A DNA stretch of 63,799 nt, counting the filler, from Octopus bimaculoides (taxonomy: Eukaryota), in the NCBI RefSeq assembly GCF_001194135.2. It is 7 parts of 6 records of this genome, joined end to end, with 100 filler letters (N's around TTAATTAATTAA, not from the genome) between each part and the next. Parts side by side here need not be neighbours in the genome. Positions count along the whole stretch, not along the records: positions 60,282 to 62,317 come from NW_026395651.1; positions 62,418 to 63,799 come from NC_068985.1; 5 more parts are not named here. The stretch is one strand, 5' to 3'. Below the pieces are notes generated by a model. That model had not been told where the DNA came from, did no database searches, and saw only the letters and a list, made by a program, of their open reading frames with translations. Positions 61,905-63,799 of this stretch are shown here, one piece after another. Numbering within the stretch: the stretch's first letter is position 1; each line of letters begins with the position of its first letter. A program made the translations under genes and the position numbers.

Positions 61905-63660
61905 GTAGATAGATAGGTGGAGGGATATACATTGGATGAATATATATGCTGGTTTATGTGCACACATGCATACATAAATATGCTTACCTATACATACTCA
62001 TATGTATATAAACGTGTGTGTGTGTGTGTGTGTGCACTGTGTGTTTGTACTGAGTATGTGTATGTACTTAAGTACTTAACTGAGTCGCGTGTGCTTTGCA
62101 ATACTGTATATGAAAACAACAGATCTCGTCAGAATAAAGGACGAAGTAATTGTGTAAAATGTGTAATTTATATTTGTTGATAGTAACATCGAAATATTGT
62201 TGCGTTTAATATATTTTGAACATTTTAAAAGCAAATAAATATAATTGAAGGGTTCATATATATACATAAACGCCTAGTTAGAATAGAGGCAGCTGACGAA
62301 GGAATAATTCCAAGTGGNNNNNNNNNNNNNNNNNNNNNNNNNNNNNNNNNNNNNNNNNNNNTTAATTAATTAANNNNNNNNNNNNNNNNNNNNNNNNNNN
62401 NNNNNNNNNNNNNNNNNAGAATACCAGGCAAAATGCTTGATGCTGTTTCATCTATCTTTACGTTCTGAGTTCAAATTCAGCTGGTGTTGGCTTTATGTTT
62501 GATCCTTTCTGGGTTGATGAGGTAAATACCAGTCAAGTTCTCGGGGCAATGGAATCGACTACCCCTCCCCCTAAATTTCAGGTCTTGTGCCTATAGTAAA
62601 AATGGGTATTGTTGTTTTTGTTATTTTTAATATTGCAGACATATGTTGTTTAAAATTACAGTTGTAACATGTATTTGAAGCCACACAGTTCAAATTGTTG
62701 ATGCTAATTGTTTCCTTAGCTATCCCACCATTGGTTTCATGAATATTCTCTGATTTTATTTTGCTTTTTTTTCCCCAAGTTTCATTATTCTTTCATATAG
62801 TATTGTGGTATTATGCTTACTGCTATCTCTAGTTCTCATTAGTTTAGCTATTTCACTTTTGGAGTAGGAATTATATATTTTGATGTTGGCTCTTGGAATA
62901 CGTTTCTTAGATATGTCTGTATTTATTTTATTGAAAGTGTATGCTGTTATCTAAGTAGTGGGGCAAAAATTCGTTTTGATTGATTTTCAAAGGATATATA
63001 TATATAATCTGTGAGAATGCTTTTGCTTGTGTTATTAGCATGCAAGTGTATTGAAAAGATAATAGCTGGTTGGTCAAAGGAGAATTGGGGGAACTATTCA
63101 ACAAAGGATCTGTGTAGCTTAGTTTGTAGAGCAAGAATTGATACCAGGGAAAGGAGTTATTGTAGCTTGCTCAGTGATGTTTCGCACATTCATTTAACAC
63201 ATGTAATCATTTTAATGGAGTGGAAAACTTTTAAAGCATTTTTAAAGATGGGGTTTCAGCTTACTTCTCACAGGTCTCCAAAGCAATATTTTCTTTTCAG
63301 ATGTAGTAATATTATACATAATGTTGTAATACTATAAGCTAAAGCATTTGAATTATAAATTTTTACCTGGTTTGCATACATCTTTTTTTTTTTACATTGT
63401 CTGTTTTGTGTGTGTGTATAATGCACAAGCATAGCTGTATGGTTAAGAAGCTCACTTCTCAACCATTTGTTTTGAGTTCACTCTCACTATGTGGCATGGG
63501 TTAGATGGTTTGACTAAAGCTGGAGAGCTGAACCAGGTTCCAATCTGATTTGGCATGGTTTCTATGGCTGGATGCCCTTCCTAATGCCAATCACTCCAAG
63601 AATTTAATGGGTGCTTTTTATGTGCTACCAGCATGACACCAGCATTGTGTGAGTGTATAT

Positions 63661-63799
63661 ATCATCATCATCATCATCATCATCATCATCGTTTAACGTC
63701 CGCTTTCCATGCTAGCATGGGTTGGACGATTTGACTGAGGACTGGTGAAACCGGATGGCAACACCAGGCTCCAGTCTGATTTGGCAGAGTTTCTACAGC
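63661..63799 (-). mobile_element. LINE-related 3' terminal repeat with (GAT)n tail, CpG-intact copy
   Basis: (ATC)n followed by gtttaacgtccgctttccatgctagcatgggttggacg. CpG-eroded relatives lie at ~54205-54420, 56440-56650, 57225-57445 (opposite strand) and 63490-63640. RTE affinity is inference. Confidence 0.6.

Noticed and set aside
63011-63337. 108-aa ORF as a gene
   Set aside because: No recognisable motif. A rough estimate from AT-rich stop frequency suggests one or two ORFs this long are expected by chance in this much sequence.

Overview
Repeat-dense, AT-rich animal genomic DNA. The SINE families and extreme microsatellite load point to an octopod cephalopod (inference, not database-checked). 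The window is a patchwork of seven assembly pieces joined by artificial 100-bp spacers (44 N + TTAATTAATTAA + 44 N), plus many ordinary N gaps. The one well-supported host gene fragment is three in-phase + strand exons (41652-41917, 42755-42945, 46030-~46221). They encode a C8 + TIL + TILa/EGF-like cysteine-rich module of a FCGBP/zonadhesin/tectorin-type protein, and the TIL domain lacks exactly the Cys2-Cys6 pair. Almost everything else is mobile DNA: several tRNA-headed SINE families, Tc1/mariner relics, R4/Dong-type RLE LINE fragments (four stacked head-to-tail in TAA microsatellites), a second RLE family tied to TACA repeats, RTE pieces, a Penelope-like RT and MITEs. Three different minimal hammerhead-ribozyme motifs sit inside inverted (foldback) repeats, as expected for Penelope-like pseudo-LTRs. 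CpG content drops sharply in the 53.6-60.2 kb piece, suggesting a methylated gene body. Nearly all long ORFs in the supplied track are artefacts of microsatellites or N runs. No CRISPR, rRNA or genuine tRNA genes were found.
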